NCBI GenBank assembly: GCA_028023455.1
Contig: JAQFVV010000007.1
Location: forward strand, 434,001 to 498,000
Reading direction: 5' to 3'
Source: Epiperipatus broadwayi
Taxonomy: Eukaryota; Animalia; Onychophora
Length of the DNA: 64,000 nt
Numbering within the stretch: the stretch's first letter is position 1; each line of letters opens with the position of its first letter. The translations under genes and the position numbers were made by a program. Below are positions 1 to 13,044 of the stretch, piece by piece. Below the pieces are notes generated by a model. It made no database searches, had not been told where the DNA came from, and was given only the letters and a program-made list of their open reading frames with translations.

Positions 1-999
1 TATTTGCATCAGTGTAGATCCTTCCTCATTACTGATAGTATAATCTACCATTTTAGTGTAACTATTATCTTGCATTTCCTTAAAACCCTTTGGTTCCATA
101 TTAACTAACTGTTTACCATTTCTGTTTATCATCTAATGCTTTTGTGCAGACTAAGTACATAAGTATTTATTTATCAGACTATAAATGAACACATGCCATA
201 GTGTATCACACTGTCCCTAACTGTTTTGCAGTTACCTTTAACTTCTTTTTTTTTTAATTTTTTTTTTTACAATCTACTTTTTAGTCTATGCCCTTTTTAC
301 AGCTTGACAACACTATTTTAGTTTTTTTTTTTCAAATAATAATTTATTTATTACCAGTCTCAGTTTATTGGGCAATTCACTATGTTTTTAAACTTGCATT
401 CAACACTTTGTATATGATTTTCTGTCAAAACACTTATTTAGAAGTGGCTCAAGTTTATAATGTTCATTCTTTTATTATTGGAAGTGCTAGTTGTTGGTAA
501 TAGTATAAGTTCATTAGGGTTTACTTTCATGGAAATATAAAATAGAATATAAGTTTACAAGTAAGACAATTTTTTGTGAACAGTAGTCCAATGGTTGGAC
601 CTCCCTTGATACTAAGGTATAGGTGAGATGTATGTTCACACTTTTAACATGTTTGGCACCATATGTAATAGTCTGGATATATGTGGTGGATTATGCACTA
701 TTGGGGTCTGCATCTGTCTACAGTTGGACCTAGAGTCTGTGGGTAGGTTACTGGAGATGTTGCAATGAAGTATATAACCAATGATTGCACCCATTATTAA
801 ATGACTATCTCTAAACCTATTTATTAAATCTAGACACAATTTATGTTAGTTCATTCATCCATCTCACATCCCTTTCTTTGGTTCTGTTATGTTCCAGTTA
901 TTGAACCCAGGAAAAATTCGCCTTTGACTCTCTTAACAGAAATGAACATATATATATATATATAATATTATAAATCGATATCTGTATTTTTTCAAAATA

Positions 1000-1576
1000 A
1001 TATATGCAAATTTATAAATAAATATTTAAAAATACAGTTTTTAAAAGCTTATAAAAAATATATGTATAACCGTCACTTAGGAGCACTTTCAACTAACTTG
1101 TAGCTTTGTCAATTATGACGTTTAAAATGTCAGCTTTCCCATAATTCTATAACGTCAACTTTCCCATAATTCTGTAATCTTAATGTACAAAACAAAATTT
1201 TAAAAATAATGATAATTTAGCAACTTCTGTCTTTTATGACCATAATAAATCATGTATATATGATTTCGATTTTAATTATAACAACGTAAAAATATTGGAA
1301 ACTGAAAGAAATAATAATAAAAGGAAAATTAAAGATGCAAAGTTGATATGTAAATACAAGCAACATTTGGTTAATAGGCAAGCAGCAAACATTAAGAACA
1401 CAGAATTATGGGAAAGTTGACATCATAGAATTATGGGAAAGCTGACATTTTAAGCGTGATAGTTGACACAAAGCTACAAGTTAGTTGAAAGCGCTCCTAA
1501 GTGACGGTTATACATATATTTTTATAAGCTTTTAAATACTGTATTTTTAAATATTTATTTATAAATTTGCATATAT
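1000..1576. repeat. Foldback insert: ~176-bp inverted arms (1000-1175 / 1400-1576), ~225-bp spacer, 35-bp tail on the left only
   Basis: atatatgcaaatttataaata...cataattctgt is the reverse complement of acagaattatg...tatttataaatttgcatatat with few mismatches; catatatatata occurs at 947-958 and 1570-1581. Confidence 0.9.
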
Positions 1577-1858
1577 ATATAACAACTTCTGCACTTTTTT
1601 ATAGGTTACAACTAGCATAAGTAGTATTCAATTTATTGTAGAACTATTATATGAGAGTAAAATGTGTCTGTGTGTATATTAAGGCTAATAGTTGTCTGTT
1701 GAATTCAAAATTGAATCGATAAATTAGAGACTGGAATAACACAAACAAATAGTTTAACATTTTTTAAACATATAAATTAAATTAAAATATTTTAAATATA
1801 ACAAAAAATGTAATTGGATGTGATATGAACCACTCACAAGATTATTGAAAATAAAAAA

Positions 1859-2170
1859 TGATTGAAAAATATTAATACTTCAAAATAACCATGATGCTGA
1901 CTATCTAAATTCAATATCCATTTTATATTTAGAATACCATAGTTGTTTCTCCTTGGATAAAGACACATCACTTAGTTAGGTACCCCCAAACTAAGGTATA
2001 AATCACTACTGTCATAGATATCTACGGCAATACCTTAGTTTGGGGATACCTAATTAAGTGATGTGTTTTTATCCAAGGAGAAACAACTATGGTACTCTAA
2101 ATATAAAATGGATATTGAATTTAGATAGTCAGCATCATGGTTATTTTGAAGTATTAATATTTTTCTATCA
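1859..2170. repeat. Long palindrome, 141-bp arms (1859-1999 / 2030-2170), 30-bp centre
   Basis: tgattgaaaaatattaatacttc...ctaaggtat pairs with ataccttag...gaagtattaatatttttctatca. Confidence 0.92.
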
Positions 2171-2203
2171 TATATATATATATATATATATATATTATCT
2201 AAT

Positions 2204-2234
<31 letters not shown>

Positions 2235-2239
2235 ATTAG

Positions 2240-2405
2240 GGCTGCAGAAAGGAGTTTGCTATTAACTGAAAGGAGACACTTTGATTCCTCTTGGAGGCCT
2301 TAAAAGAACTGAGCAGGGCAAATTCCTAATGTCCACTCCATACGTTCTGGTCATTGCAGCTGTTATTACTATGTGATTATTCATATAGTATACGAACATA
2401 GATGG
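2240..2405 (+). ncRNA. Decayed HDV-like self-cleaving ribozyme in the RTE 5' UTR
   Basis: P1 GGCTGCA 2240-2246 / TGCAGCT 2355-2361 (G-U at +1); P3-L3-P3' ACG-TTCTGGT-CAT 2342-2354; GT linker; P4 hairpin 2364-2392; J4/2 CGAA 2393-2396; P2 pairing imperfect. Confidence 0.65.
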
Positions 2406-2565
2406 GCTGCTCACCAACATGCATTAGCCAGCGTGGTGAGGTTATTGGCTTTTTACCTCTGAGTTTAAGATCAAGAAACACCATGGTCTTTCTTCTCAGT
2501 GCCTGATAAGGCAGAATGAATGTTTGTGTAAATGAAAAATATTTTTCCAATACATATATACAATT

Positions 2566-5523
2566 ATGACAGACAAAAATAAAGCATGGCCCTTATTCCC
2601 AGGAGGCTGTAAAGTCACCAACCAAGGCAGCGGCTGGTGGCCGAAGGCAGAGGGTGCTAAGAATCCCCTGATTGTGGAACCAGGCTGCCAGTTGATGACG
2701 AATTTTTATTTAGATACTTACAACTGCAGATCACTTTCAAGTGAAGGAAGATTGCAATAATTACAAGAAGAACTGTTTTATATTAAATGGGACATTATTG
2801 GACTTTGTGAAGTTAGAAGAAAAGGTGAAGAAACAATTGATTTAAAAAGTGGACATATACTCTATTATAAAGGCACAAATATTGGAAATACAAGTGGAGT
2901 AGGATTCATTATAAATAAAAAGTAGAAGAACAATATTGTGGAGATTGATAGTGTATCGGACAGAGTGGCAAGATTAGTTATACAACTTAATAGCAGATAC
3001 CAAATGCAGATAATTCAGGTTTATGCCCCAACAAATTCTCATAGTGATGAAGTAGTAGAAGATTTTTATATGGATGTACAAAAGGCTTTTGATCAGAGTA
3101 AACAACATTTTAAAATTGTTATCGGAGACTTTAATGCTAGAATTGGTAGAGAAATGAAAGATGAAATTGCTGTAGGTAATTTTGCTTATGGTAATAGAAA
3201 TGAGAGAAGACATAGACTTGTGGAGTTTGCAGAAAAAGAAAAACTTTATATTATGAATTCATTTTTTGAGAAAAATGTTAAAAGAAAATGGACATGGAAG
3301 CATCCAAATGGAGATACAGCAGAATCAGATTATATTTTGACTAACAGGAAATACATATTTCAAGATTGTAATGTTTTTAATAAATTGAACACAGGAAGTG
3401 ATCATCGATTAGTAAGGTGTAAGTTACGTGGTAATGTAAAACTAGAGAGACAAAAATTATTAAGAAAAACTATATTTACAGTTGATATTCCTAATCTTCA
3501 GAAACATTCTAATGAATTTAAATTAGAACTTACAAATAGGTTTCAAGTGTTAGGAGATTTTGAACACGATTCAGATTTGAATGAAATTAATATGAAAACA
3601 ACTGATACACTTTTAAAAACTGCAACAAAGATAGCTGGTAGAAAAAAGCAGCAATTGACTAATAAAATTTCTACTGAGACTAGAGAATTTTTGAAGAAAA
3701 GAAGAAATATGAAGATATACAAAAATGATGTATTAAAAAGAATTGAATATCTCGAATTTTGTAAAATGGTACGGAAAAGAGTTGAAAATGATATAAGAAA
3801 GTATAACTGTGAAATAGCAAGGAAAGCTGTAGAAGAAAATAAAAGTCTCAAGAATGTTAAACAACATTTTGGTATTGGTAGGAAATTTCTATCTGCAATA
3901 AGAAAAAAAGATGGAATTATTACTAAAAAGAGAGATGACATCATGAAATTGGTAGAAGATTTTTATCAAGAATTATATAGTAATAAAGAACAAGTACCTC
4001 CTATATCTATTACATCTTCCAAATTGCCCAGAATTTTAAATGAAGAAGTGAGACATGCAATTATATGTATGAAGAAAGGAAAGGCTACAGGAAATGATGG
4101 AATTATAATTGATATATTAAAAGAAGCAGGTGAAGAAATAGAAACAATTTTAGCAAAGTTATATACCAAATGTCTAAATGATAAAGATGTACTGGAAGAT
4201 TGGAAGAATGCAGTAATAATAGTAATATTTAAAAAAGATGATAAAGAAGATATTAGAAATTACAGACCTATCAGTCTTTTATCAGTTTTATATAAAATTT
4301 TTACCAAGATAATTATAACTCGTTTACAGAGAACTTTGGATTTCCACCAACCAAGAAAACAAGCTGGATTTAAAAGTGGTTTTAGTACAATAGATCATAT
4401 CCAGGTATTGAGGGAAGTCATAGAAAGTACAAATGAATATGAGTTGTCATTATGTTTTGGATTTGTAGATTATGAAAAAGCTTTCGATTCTATACACATT
4501 TCTTCAGTGATTAAAGCATTGGATCATCAAGGTATAGATCCAGTATATTGTCATATTTTAAAGAATATTTATAAAAATGCAACAGCAACAATTAGATTAC
4601 ATAATGATTCTGGAAAAATCAACATTGAGAAAGGTGTAAGACAAGGTGACTCCATATCTCCAAAACTTTTTACAGCAGTGCTGCAAGAAGTATTTTGTGG
4701 ATTAAAATGGGAAACTACAGGAGTGAAAGTAAATGGAGAGTATTTAAGTCATTTAGATTTCGCAGATGTTGTAGTTGTTTTTGCAAATAATGCTTCAGAG
4801 CTGCAGGAAATGTTGCAGGAGTTAGCAGATGAAAGTAAAAAAGTAGGACTAAAGATAAATGTTAAAAAGACTAAAGTAATGTTTAATCGATTTGCTCAAA
4901 ATATGAAAATAAAGATTGATTATGAAGAATTAGAAGAAGTTAACAGTTACAAATACCTTGGTCAGATTATTAATACAGATGGAAACATAATGGAGGAAAT
5001 TAATCATAGAATTAAACTTGGTTGGAGTGCTTTTGGTAGAAATAACTTGATACTAAAAGGAAATATGCCTATGTGTTTGAAAAGGATGGTTTTTAACAAA
5101 TGTGTTTTACCAGTTCTTACTTATGGATCTGAGACTTGGACACTTAATAGAAGAGCAATACAGAGACTTCAGACCACTCAAAGAAGTATGGAGAGATGTA
5201 TGTTGGGAGTAACAAGAAGAGATCAAAAATACAATGTATGTGTAAGACAACAAACAGGTGTTACTGACTTTATTGAAAAAATTAAAAGATTGAAATGGAG
5301 TTGGGCTGGACAAATTGCTAGAAGAGATGATAATAGATGGACAATTGAAATTTTAAACTGGATTCCAAGAGATTATAAAAGACCCAGAAAGAGACCACAT
5401 GTGAGATCGATGGATGTAATAAGAAAATGTGCAGGGGTGTTGTGGAGAAGAGAAGCTAAAGATCGGAGAAGATGGATTAAACTTGGAGAGACCTTCATCC
5501 TGCAGTGGATTGATAATGGTTAA
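2566..5523 (+). pseudogene. RTE ORF (AP endonuclease + reverse transcriptase), interrupted
   Basis: ORF-track 2566-2760 and 2938-5523 are one frame broken by TAA 2758-2760 and TAG 2923-2925; motifs [51 protein letters not shown]; catalytic FADD reads FADV. Confidence 0.93.
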
Positions 5524-6907
5524 TGATGTTGATGATGATGAAGATAATTAATCATTCATATTGAAAAGAGATATATAACTATTGTTAATCAACAAATAAA
5601 AACAACCTGAACTGTGTCCTGTATTGAGTATCTCTATTTAATTTGAGATAATAAATAAACATCTTACCTCCATTCATATGGATGTTCATATGTTAAGTCA
5701 AAAGAGGGGAAGGGTAGGCCTAAACTTTATTTACAAAAATATATAAAAAAATATATAATTAAACTTAACCATCCCCTTCTCTTTTCTTTCGACAATAATA
5801 ATGGAATCTCCCAAAGCACAAACTGTGAAGTTCATACCCCTGAGTAAGAAAACAAAACAACAATTTGAAAAAAAATAATTAAAAAAAATTTGCAATAACA
5901 ATCATATGATAAAATTCAGTGGTTGAATCCAAGTACATCAAATCATCCTGATAATAGTTCATGAGTTTTGGCATGAAAGCTTTGATACCAGAGTTCAAAT
6001 CTCCATATCATTTTTCTCTGGTGAAGGATTGTTCATGTAGCCATTTCTCCTTACATCATTTAGGACACAAGCATGTCAATTTTAACCTGTTTTGTTCTTT
6101 GTTTCTTTTGTGTACATCTTGGGTTGGGCAATAGACATCTTTTTGGGCATATTATCAAAATAGACAGTGAAAGTTTCACATAGTCATGTTACAAAAAAGA
6201 ATGATCAAACACTAGAGCATGACTGTTTACCTCATACACATTTTACAGTATCTTATACAATTGCTTGAGTTCATAGACTATGATCGAATATTCAATAGTT
6301 TGTTTTTGACATTAGATAAAATAGTCTTTAATTACTAGAAATATTTGTGTTTTTTCCTTCTATTGATGTTTGAAAATTCAAAGATTCTTCACTCACAATT
6401 CGAAAATAATTTTGTTAAGATGAAAATTTATTCGAATTTGTCTAACTTCACTTAGTAAACTATTGATTCTAAATTTGATGTGGTTTTATATTACTGCATT
6501 TGATCAATGAAAATTTTAACTTTGAACAATGTTCTCCATTTTCCAATATTTAAAATTTGTGTTCAGTTAATATTAGCTTTTTATAGCACAAGCATTATTT
6601 TCAAAAAGAAATGAATTTAAAAAGATATTTTTATATTGCTCTTGATTTCCATTTAATTAAAAAATAAAATAATAGATTTACGATTTTATTTTCATACTCA
6701 ATTTTCTACCAACTAAACTTGACATCGAGGTCATCTTTGAGTTTGCTTAGTTTCAGTTTGCATCTTGTAGTATTATTTGGTTTAAAACATACCACACAAT
6801 CTGTCTAAGTTTGTCTAATAGTGTATGTATAGATTATTTCCTTTTATTAGTTTACTATACTATTAATAAAAAAAAACTTATCATGATTTTCTTTTGTTCA
6901 AATGTTA

Positions 6908-6990
<83 letters not shown>

Positions 6991-7503
6991 TGCTCAAAAT
7001 AGTGGAATAACATCAGTGTGATTTGCATGAATTTAAGATGGGTTCAAATTGAAATATAAGCTAATCTTGGATGGTACAATTGAGTTGTAAGCTACCTTTA
7101 CAATATTTTTTTTTCAAATGTAGAATAAATTTAATAATGCATAATTAATATTAGTATCTTAAAATTATTAGTTTATAAATATTAAACTTAGATTTCATTA
7201 CTTACAAAGAATGGTTTTATGAATAATAGAGTATTTCTTTCACCAATTTCTTTCACCATACATCACTATTTCACTATTTCTAATATGAAAGGATTATTCC
7301 TATTAAACTTTTACTGGATAATTCAGGAAGATACAATAATTTATGTATCTTAGTTTATTTTTGTATCATCTCCAAATATATTGCCTATCAATATGATGAA
7401 TCTTTAATTTTTTATACAAAATATCAATTTCTTATTTATGCTTATATCATATAAATAATACAAACCTCTGTTAGATAATGAAAATTATTCTTCATGTGTA
7501 AAG

Positions 7504-7570
7504 TATGATAAACAGAGTAGCTAAAATTCAAAAAACATGTTTTTGAATTTTAGCTACTCTGTTTATCATA
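7504..7570. repeat. 67-bp near-perfect palindrome within a direct-repeat-flanked insert (7437-7585)
   Basis: tatgataaacagagtagctaaaattcaaaaaa-catg-tttttgaattttagctactctgtttatcata; tatgcttatatc at 7437-7448 and 7574-7585. Confidence 0.88.
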
Positions 7571-8809
7571 TTCTATGCTTATATCTGAATTTTTTTACTA
7601 AAATAGAAATAAATACATACATTAATCACAAATGTGGCAACATCATGCATTATAATGTGTCTTTGCTCTAGCTTTTGATACTTATTACAGAGTTGTTTTG
7701 GAATTCATCTTCAGAAGAATATTCTTCTGTCTCCTCATGTTTACAAAGAATTCTTTCATTTTACTCTGGCTTGGATTAACATTCACATAGGGATATTGTC
7801 TACCTGTGTTATGATTTCCATTCCTAATATTTATTTTATTTTGAAAAATAACTTATGCCTACCAGCAATAATAAGTATTTGATTAATGTACTCTGACTGA
7901 TTGTGTTAAATTTTCCTCACTCGTTGGTGTTCACACAGAGAATTCAGTTAGGGTCTTTAATTTCATAGCCTGGCTTCTAAAGAATGGTGTGTAGCTTCTT
8001 TTATTAAAATTTTATTTTTCTTGAGTTACTTGATGTCTGATGCCTTGTCAATCTTCTTTCCAAAAGCTCTCTGGAGTAAAAATAACAATTTAGAATGGAA
8101 TCTAATTGTCTCAAAGAACACTGACTCAGACTTTAATTTATACAATTTAATGTACATAATATATCATATTTTTTTCTAATTTACTATAACCTAACCATAG
8201 CTAATTAAGAATAAGTCCTTTCACTGTCTATATTCAGCAAAAATAATATACTAAAGGCAGAACTTGTACCTTTTTTACCATCACCCTCATTTAAGCCTGG
8301 AAGCCCTTAAGGAATTTAAAATAATAGCAAGATTGGGATGATCTATTATGGCATTAGTCTGTGTATTGACATTCAGGACTAGAGATTCTGGGAATAAGAC
8401 ATCTCCCACTGTTTTTTCTGCTCCTTCATTCTTGGGTCACAGTTGCCTTGAAGATGAGAAAGAAGAACATGGGTTACTTCACTCCTTGCTCCCAGTTTAT
8501 TTATTTAGCCCTTTTGTTTGCTGAAGTAATTAAGTTCACTGGGGAAAATTCAGGCTTGTCTCTGTAAATTTAATTAGTATTTTAACTCATACTAATTAAA
8601 TTTCCTCAATTATCTGATATTCATTTTTTCTTCCAAGAATAATTACTGTACACAATACATTTTACTTAATTTTTTATATTACAGTAGCTTGATTAATTTT
8701 ATAGCAGCTATTTAATTATTTATTCATTATATTCATATTCTCTCTGTAAATTAATTTCATAAATTATTAAAATACATAACTTATTATATTAAAATGCATA
8801 TTTTTCAAT

Positions 8810-9334
8810 AATCCTCCCCTTACTTCAGAAAACAGGTTACAATGCTTTACCATAATCTTGTAAAATTACACTTCTTTTATATTGGGGCCTGGATGATCTA
8901 TTTTTTCTGTTAATTCTGTGGGTACCTCATTATTTATACTTATTACTGTTTCAATTTCACTATATTCTGAATGCTGTTGTTTTTCTTGAATTTTTTGTAA
9001 GGTGCTATGTAAACAATTTCTTGTTTTCTGCAGATTTTGATTTCGTATCTGTTACTGAAACTTCTGTAAACTATAAATTTTGTATAACTCATTGGTGGAC
9101 ATGTTTTATATGTCTGTGATATTCTGTTACATTATGTATTTGAATGATTACTATTTGTTTTGTCTGTTTCTTGTGATTATATTTTAATCCATTTCTTTTT
9201 GATCAGATTGTACCCAAACTCTATCACCTATTTTATATATGTTGTCTTCACTATTGCACTAAAAGTGTTTGTTCATTTTTAGAAGTAACATTGATAGCTT
9301 TATATGCAATTTTCTGCTCATCAGCAATCCAATT

Positions 9335-9396
<62 letters not shown>

Positions 9397-9412
9397 AAAT
9401 ATATATAAAAAA

Positions 9413-9450
<38 letters not shown>

Positions 9451-12400
9451 TGTGTGTGTGTACCCATCACTGGAATAAAATGCTGATGTAGAATAGCATC
9501 ATATAAAGCTTGTTGCATGTTGATATTATTAGTTTTTCTAAGAGTATTTTTAATTTGTTGAATGACCTTCTCTGCTAGGCTTGATTCAGGATGGTATGGA
9601 GGTGCATAGATGTGTTTGATGTCTTTATTTTTGAAAAAATCCTTCATTTCTCAAACAGTGAATCCAGTGCCATTATCAGAAGCAATTATTTTTAGTAATC
9701 CATGACATAAAAAAAACTGCACTCAAACTGTGTATGACATGAAAAAACTGCACTCAAACTGTGCATTGTTTCACCAACACTTGTATTTTTCATGATGCTA
9801 TATTCACCTATCTAAAGTATGAATCTATGAGTGTAAGAAGTATTTTTTATTTATTGGACCTACATGGTCCATGTCAAATTGTAGACCATGTTGTGTACTC
9901 CTTAGCTTTTATACTCTTTAAAAATTGACATGATATGCATTTTTTAATGTCTTTCTCAAAGTCTATAGTTAATTTTGACCACCAGACATATTTATGTGCT
10001 AATGCTTTTGTCACACAACTCCTGGATCCTCTTACTGCAATAGTCATAGAACTTTTTCTTTACCTTCTGTGGTATTTTTACCCTAACCTCCATAACACAA
10101 ATACTTTTACTGACTGTGAACTTGTCAATATTTGGTGAAAAACAGGCACAAAGCATTGTGATTTCTTATATGGTCAGCCATTTATAATCCAGCCTATCAG
10201 CAGTTGGTATCATTTATTGGCCCTTGGGCATATTGCTACTGTATTGATATTTAGGATTTCTATCTATAAAACATCTATATAATTAGTATCTATCTCATTA
10301 CTCTGTGTTTCATCTTTGTCTGGATTTCTAGATAAAGCATAGACATGTGAAATTTCTTTTGCTTTTCTTATATTATAGCTGGTAGTTAAATGATGGCAAT
10401 ATATTTCTACATCATAACATACACTCAAATGGTCAGATGCTAACTTATTGTTTGCTATGTAAAAAGGTCTACCAAAACCAAGGCCTTTATTTTTCTGGCT
10501 GTAGTTTTTCTCAGCTTTAAAAAGGATCCTTGATACATATGCTATGGATCAGTCATTATTGTAATGTGGATAATACAAAATTGTACCCATACAGTATTCT
10601 GATGCACATGTTATTAAGCACCCTTTGAGATTATTATCAAAATGAAATAGCAGGGCTCTAGCTTACAGCTTTCTTGTATATTTTAAACAATCACATTTTT
10701 GATTTTCCTTTAATAACTCATATAGTGGTTTTGCTACTTTAGCCTTTCTTTAGTTCACATAAAAGCTTTCTTGTATATTTTAAACAATTGGCATTTGCGA
10801 TTTTTTTTTAATAACTCATACAGAGAATTTTACTATTTTAGCCTTACTTTGCAAAAAGGGTTCAAAGAAGTTTATTAATTCCAGAAAGGCTTGGAGCTCT
10901 TTAACATTTGTTGATTTAGCCATATTTTTTATGGCTATTACTTTTTCAGGTGATGGTTGCTTACTTTTGTTCAAGATTAAATATCCTATGAATACTAAAT
11001 ATTTTATATTTCACATGCTTTTCTGAGCACTTAATTTAAGTCTAAATGTCTGCAATTTCTCACATATTTGAAAGTTTTTGATGAAGCATATTTTATGAGT
11101 ATGTCTTATGTCATCAAAGTAAGATATTTCACCATCTAATCCCTGCAATAAAGCATTACTGTTTGCTTGAAATATATTTGGTGCATTAAAATATCACATG
11201 GTAGCCCATTGCATTTAGATAATCCCACAAGTGTTGTTAGCATTAATATTTCAACTGATTTGTCCATCACTGATATTTGGTGAAAAGTAGAATTAAGGTC
11301 CAGTTTTATGTGAAACATCTTGCATTCTGGCCAATGCCTCTCTCACATTAGGTAATGGATATGTCCCCTTATTTAAATATTTACTTGATGTTACCATATA
11401 ACCCCCTTATTTTTGTTTTTGACCATTAGATTTTGTTATTATGATTATAGGCATGGCCCAATTTGACATTTCTAACTGATGAATATATGTGCTTATTGTA
11501 AAATCCTGAATTTCTTCTCAAATTTTGTGTTCTGTGCAAATTGGACTTTTTACAGCTTACACAGTACCAGACATGCATTTTCAACTAACTCAATTTTCAT
11601 TGGGCCCATTGATATTATCCTCAATTCTTCACTGAATAAATTTGGATATTTATTTTGAATTTCTTACTTGAAAAAAAATTTTCAACACTATTAACTTGAC
11701 TTCCTATCATGTGGAACTATTCTAATTGGCACTTTTATTCACCCCAGTAATTTCAGCATATTTATACTCACATCTTGAGCATTAGCATCTGTTTTTCATT
11801 TTAATGTTAGTGTCAGCAACTAATAGTGCATTCCAATCTAACTTGGACATTATCAATATCCCTGTGCCATTATCTATCTCCACTCTAATTTCTTTTTTAC
11901 AAATTTTCAATTTCACCATGAATTGCTATGAAGATGAGTATTAAAGGGTTTACCTCCCCTATTTTTGTATCTGAGTTATCACTTAAATTTTCTACATATG
12001 CATGCTAAATTACTCTTACTTCCACATTTCAAATGTTTCCTGCTTCAACTTACAATTTTTTGCTCTATGACCTATTTTCCACAGCAGAAGCATTTAACTT
12101 TATTTAACTTTTTGTATTCAGAATTTCAAGGTTTAATACATTTTTTACCCTTCCTAAAAACTTGCATGTTAATATTATCTTCAGGTTTTGACTTAAAAGC
12201 ATGTCTGCTTTAAAATTAGCTTATAAACTATTCCTTTCTTGATAAAAATGTCATAAGTTAGATCAATCTCTGCTAACAGCTGTTGTCTGTGCCTGTTGTC
12301 AGACTTACTCTTGAGCATTTTCATGGCAAACTCCCAATACTTGCAATCTTTAGCTAGCTCTCTCAAGCAGAATTGTACTCTTTTATTGTTTTACTTTTAA
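8810..12400 (-). mobile_element. Decayed Ty3/Gypsy (Mag/K02A2.6-like) internal region
   Basis: Minus-strand remnants in gag-PR-RT-INT order: RELAKDCKY...QQLLAEIDLTY (~12230-12360), VEIDNGTGILIMS (~11845-11885), KLDLNSTFHQISV (11136-11318 ORF), YAPPYHPESS-LAEKVIQQIK (9321-9647 ORF); polypurine-like aagtaaggggagga near 8810-8825; resembles the element at 57391. Confidence 0.75.
9338..9460. repeat. Compound (TA)n / (TG)n microsatellite interrupting the Gypsy integrase remnant
   Basis: Seen directly. Confidence 0.95.
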
Positions 12401-13044
12401 ACTATTTTTGTTTAAGTGTAAGTAACCTATATGATGGGATGGTTGAGGGCAAGAATATTAACGTAATTAGTTTATTAATCCCACATATAGCTCATTAAGT
12501 GTGTTAGGAAGACTATAAAACTTATTATCTCAATATATTTCTTATCAGAAAACATGAGTGCTGTGATTTTTTACTTATTGACCTCTATTCCATTTAGTGT
12601 AAAAAAAATTGAATTTGAGTAAAGTACACTTGCCATTAGGCAGCATTACTCACATTAAACTTGACAATACAAATTTTCCCAAATGATGACATTTTTAATT
12701 CCTTCAATACTAGGTTTAAATATTTAAACTGTTAATTTTCTCTCTAAGCTAGGTTTGAGCTAAACAACTGTTCTAAGTTTTACTATGTCTTAGCTCACTA
12801 ATTCTCAGGATAAAAAGAACAATTTAGTATGGAATCTAATTTTTTGGAGTACACAAAGACTGCAGTGGCTCAGATTTAAATTATACAATTTAATATATAT
12901 ATAAGACATATTTTTCGGGTTCATCCGTGTTAAAAATTTTAAATAGTGATATTCCAACATTTCACTTATTATCCTCTATTCCATTTAGTGTAAATAAAAT
13001 TGAATTTGAGTAAAGTACACTTGCAATTAGACAGCATTACTGCT

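Larger units (their letters stand above)
2239..5540 (+). mobile_element. Full-length RTE-clade non-LTR retrotransposon (inactive copy)
   Basis: Single APE+RT ORF; 3' tail gatgttgatgatgatg; identical 10-bp TSD aagataatta at 2229-2238 and 5541-5550. Confidence 0.93.

Noticed and set aside
1960-2090. Hammerhead in the 1859-2170 palindrome (ctaagtgatg...aaggagaaac)
   Set aside because: No CUGANGA box and stem II closing pair missing; the 1000, 7504, 20319 and 48958 inserts also lack a supportable hammerhead
2974-5313. Minus-strand ORFs 2974-3213, 3543-3944, 3966-4169, 5107-5313 (also antisense ORFs over 35225-36576 and 57555-60603)
   Set aside because: Antisense shadows of TE coding sequence
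5960-6130. tRNA-derived SINE (B-box-like gagttcaaatc)
   Set aside because: No convincing A box, cloverleaf, TSD or second copy in the window
8060-12900. Similarity of ~8070-8160 to ~12810-12900 as the LTR pair of the minus-strand Gypsy
   Set aside because: Only ~90 bp, diverged, no TG/CA ends, and does not continue beyond the PLE insertion
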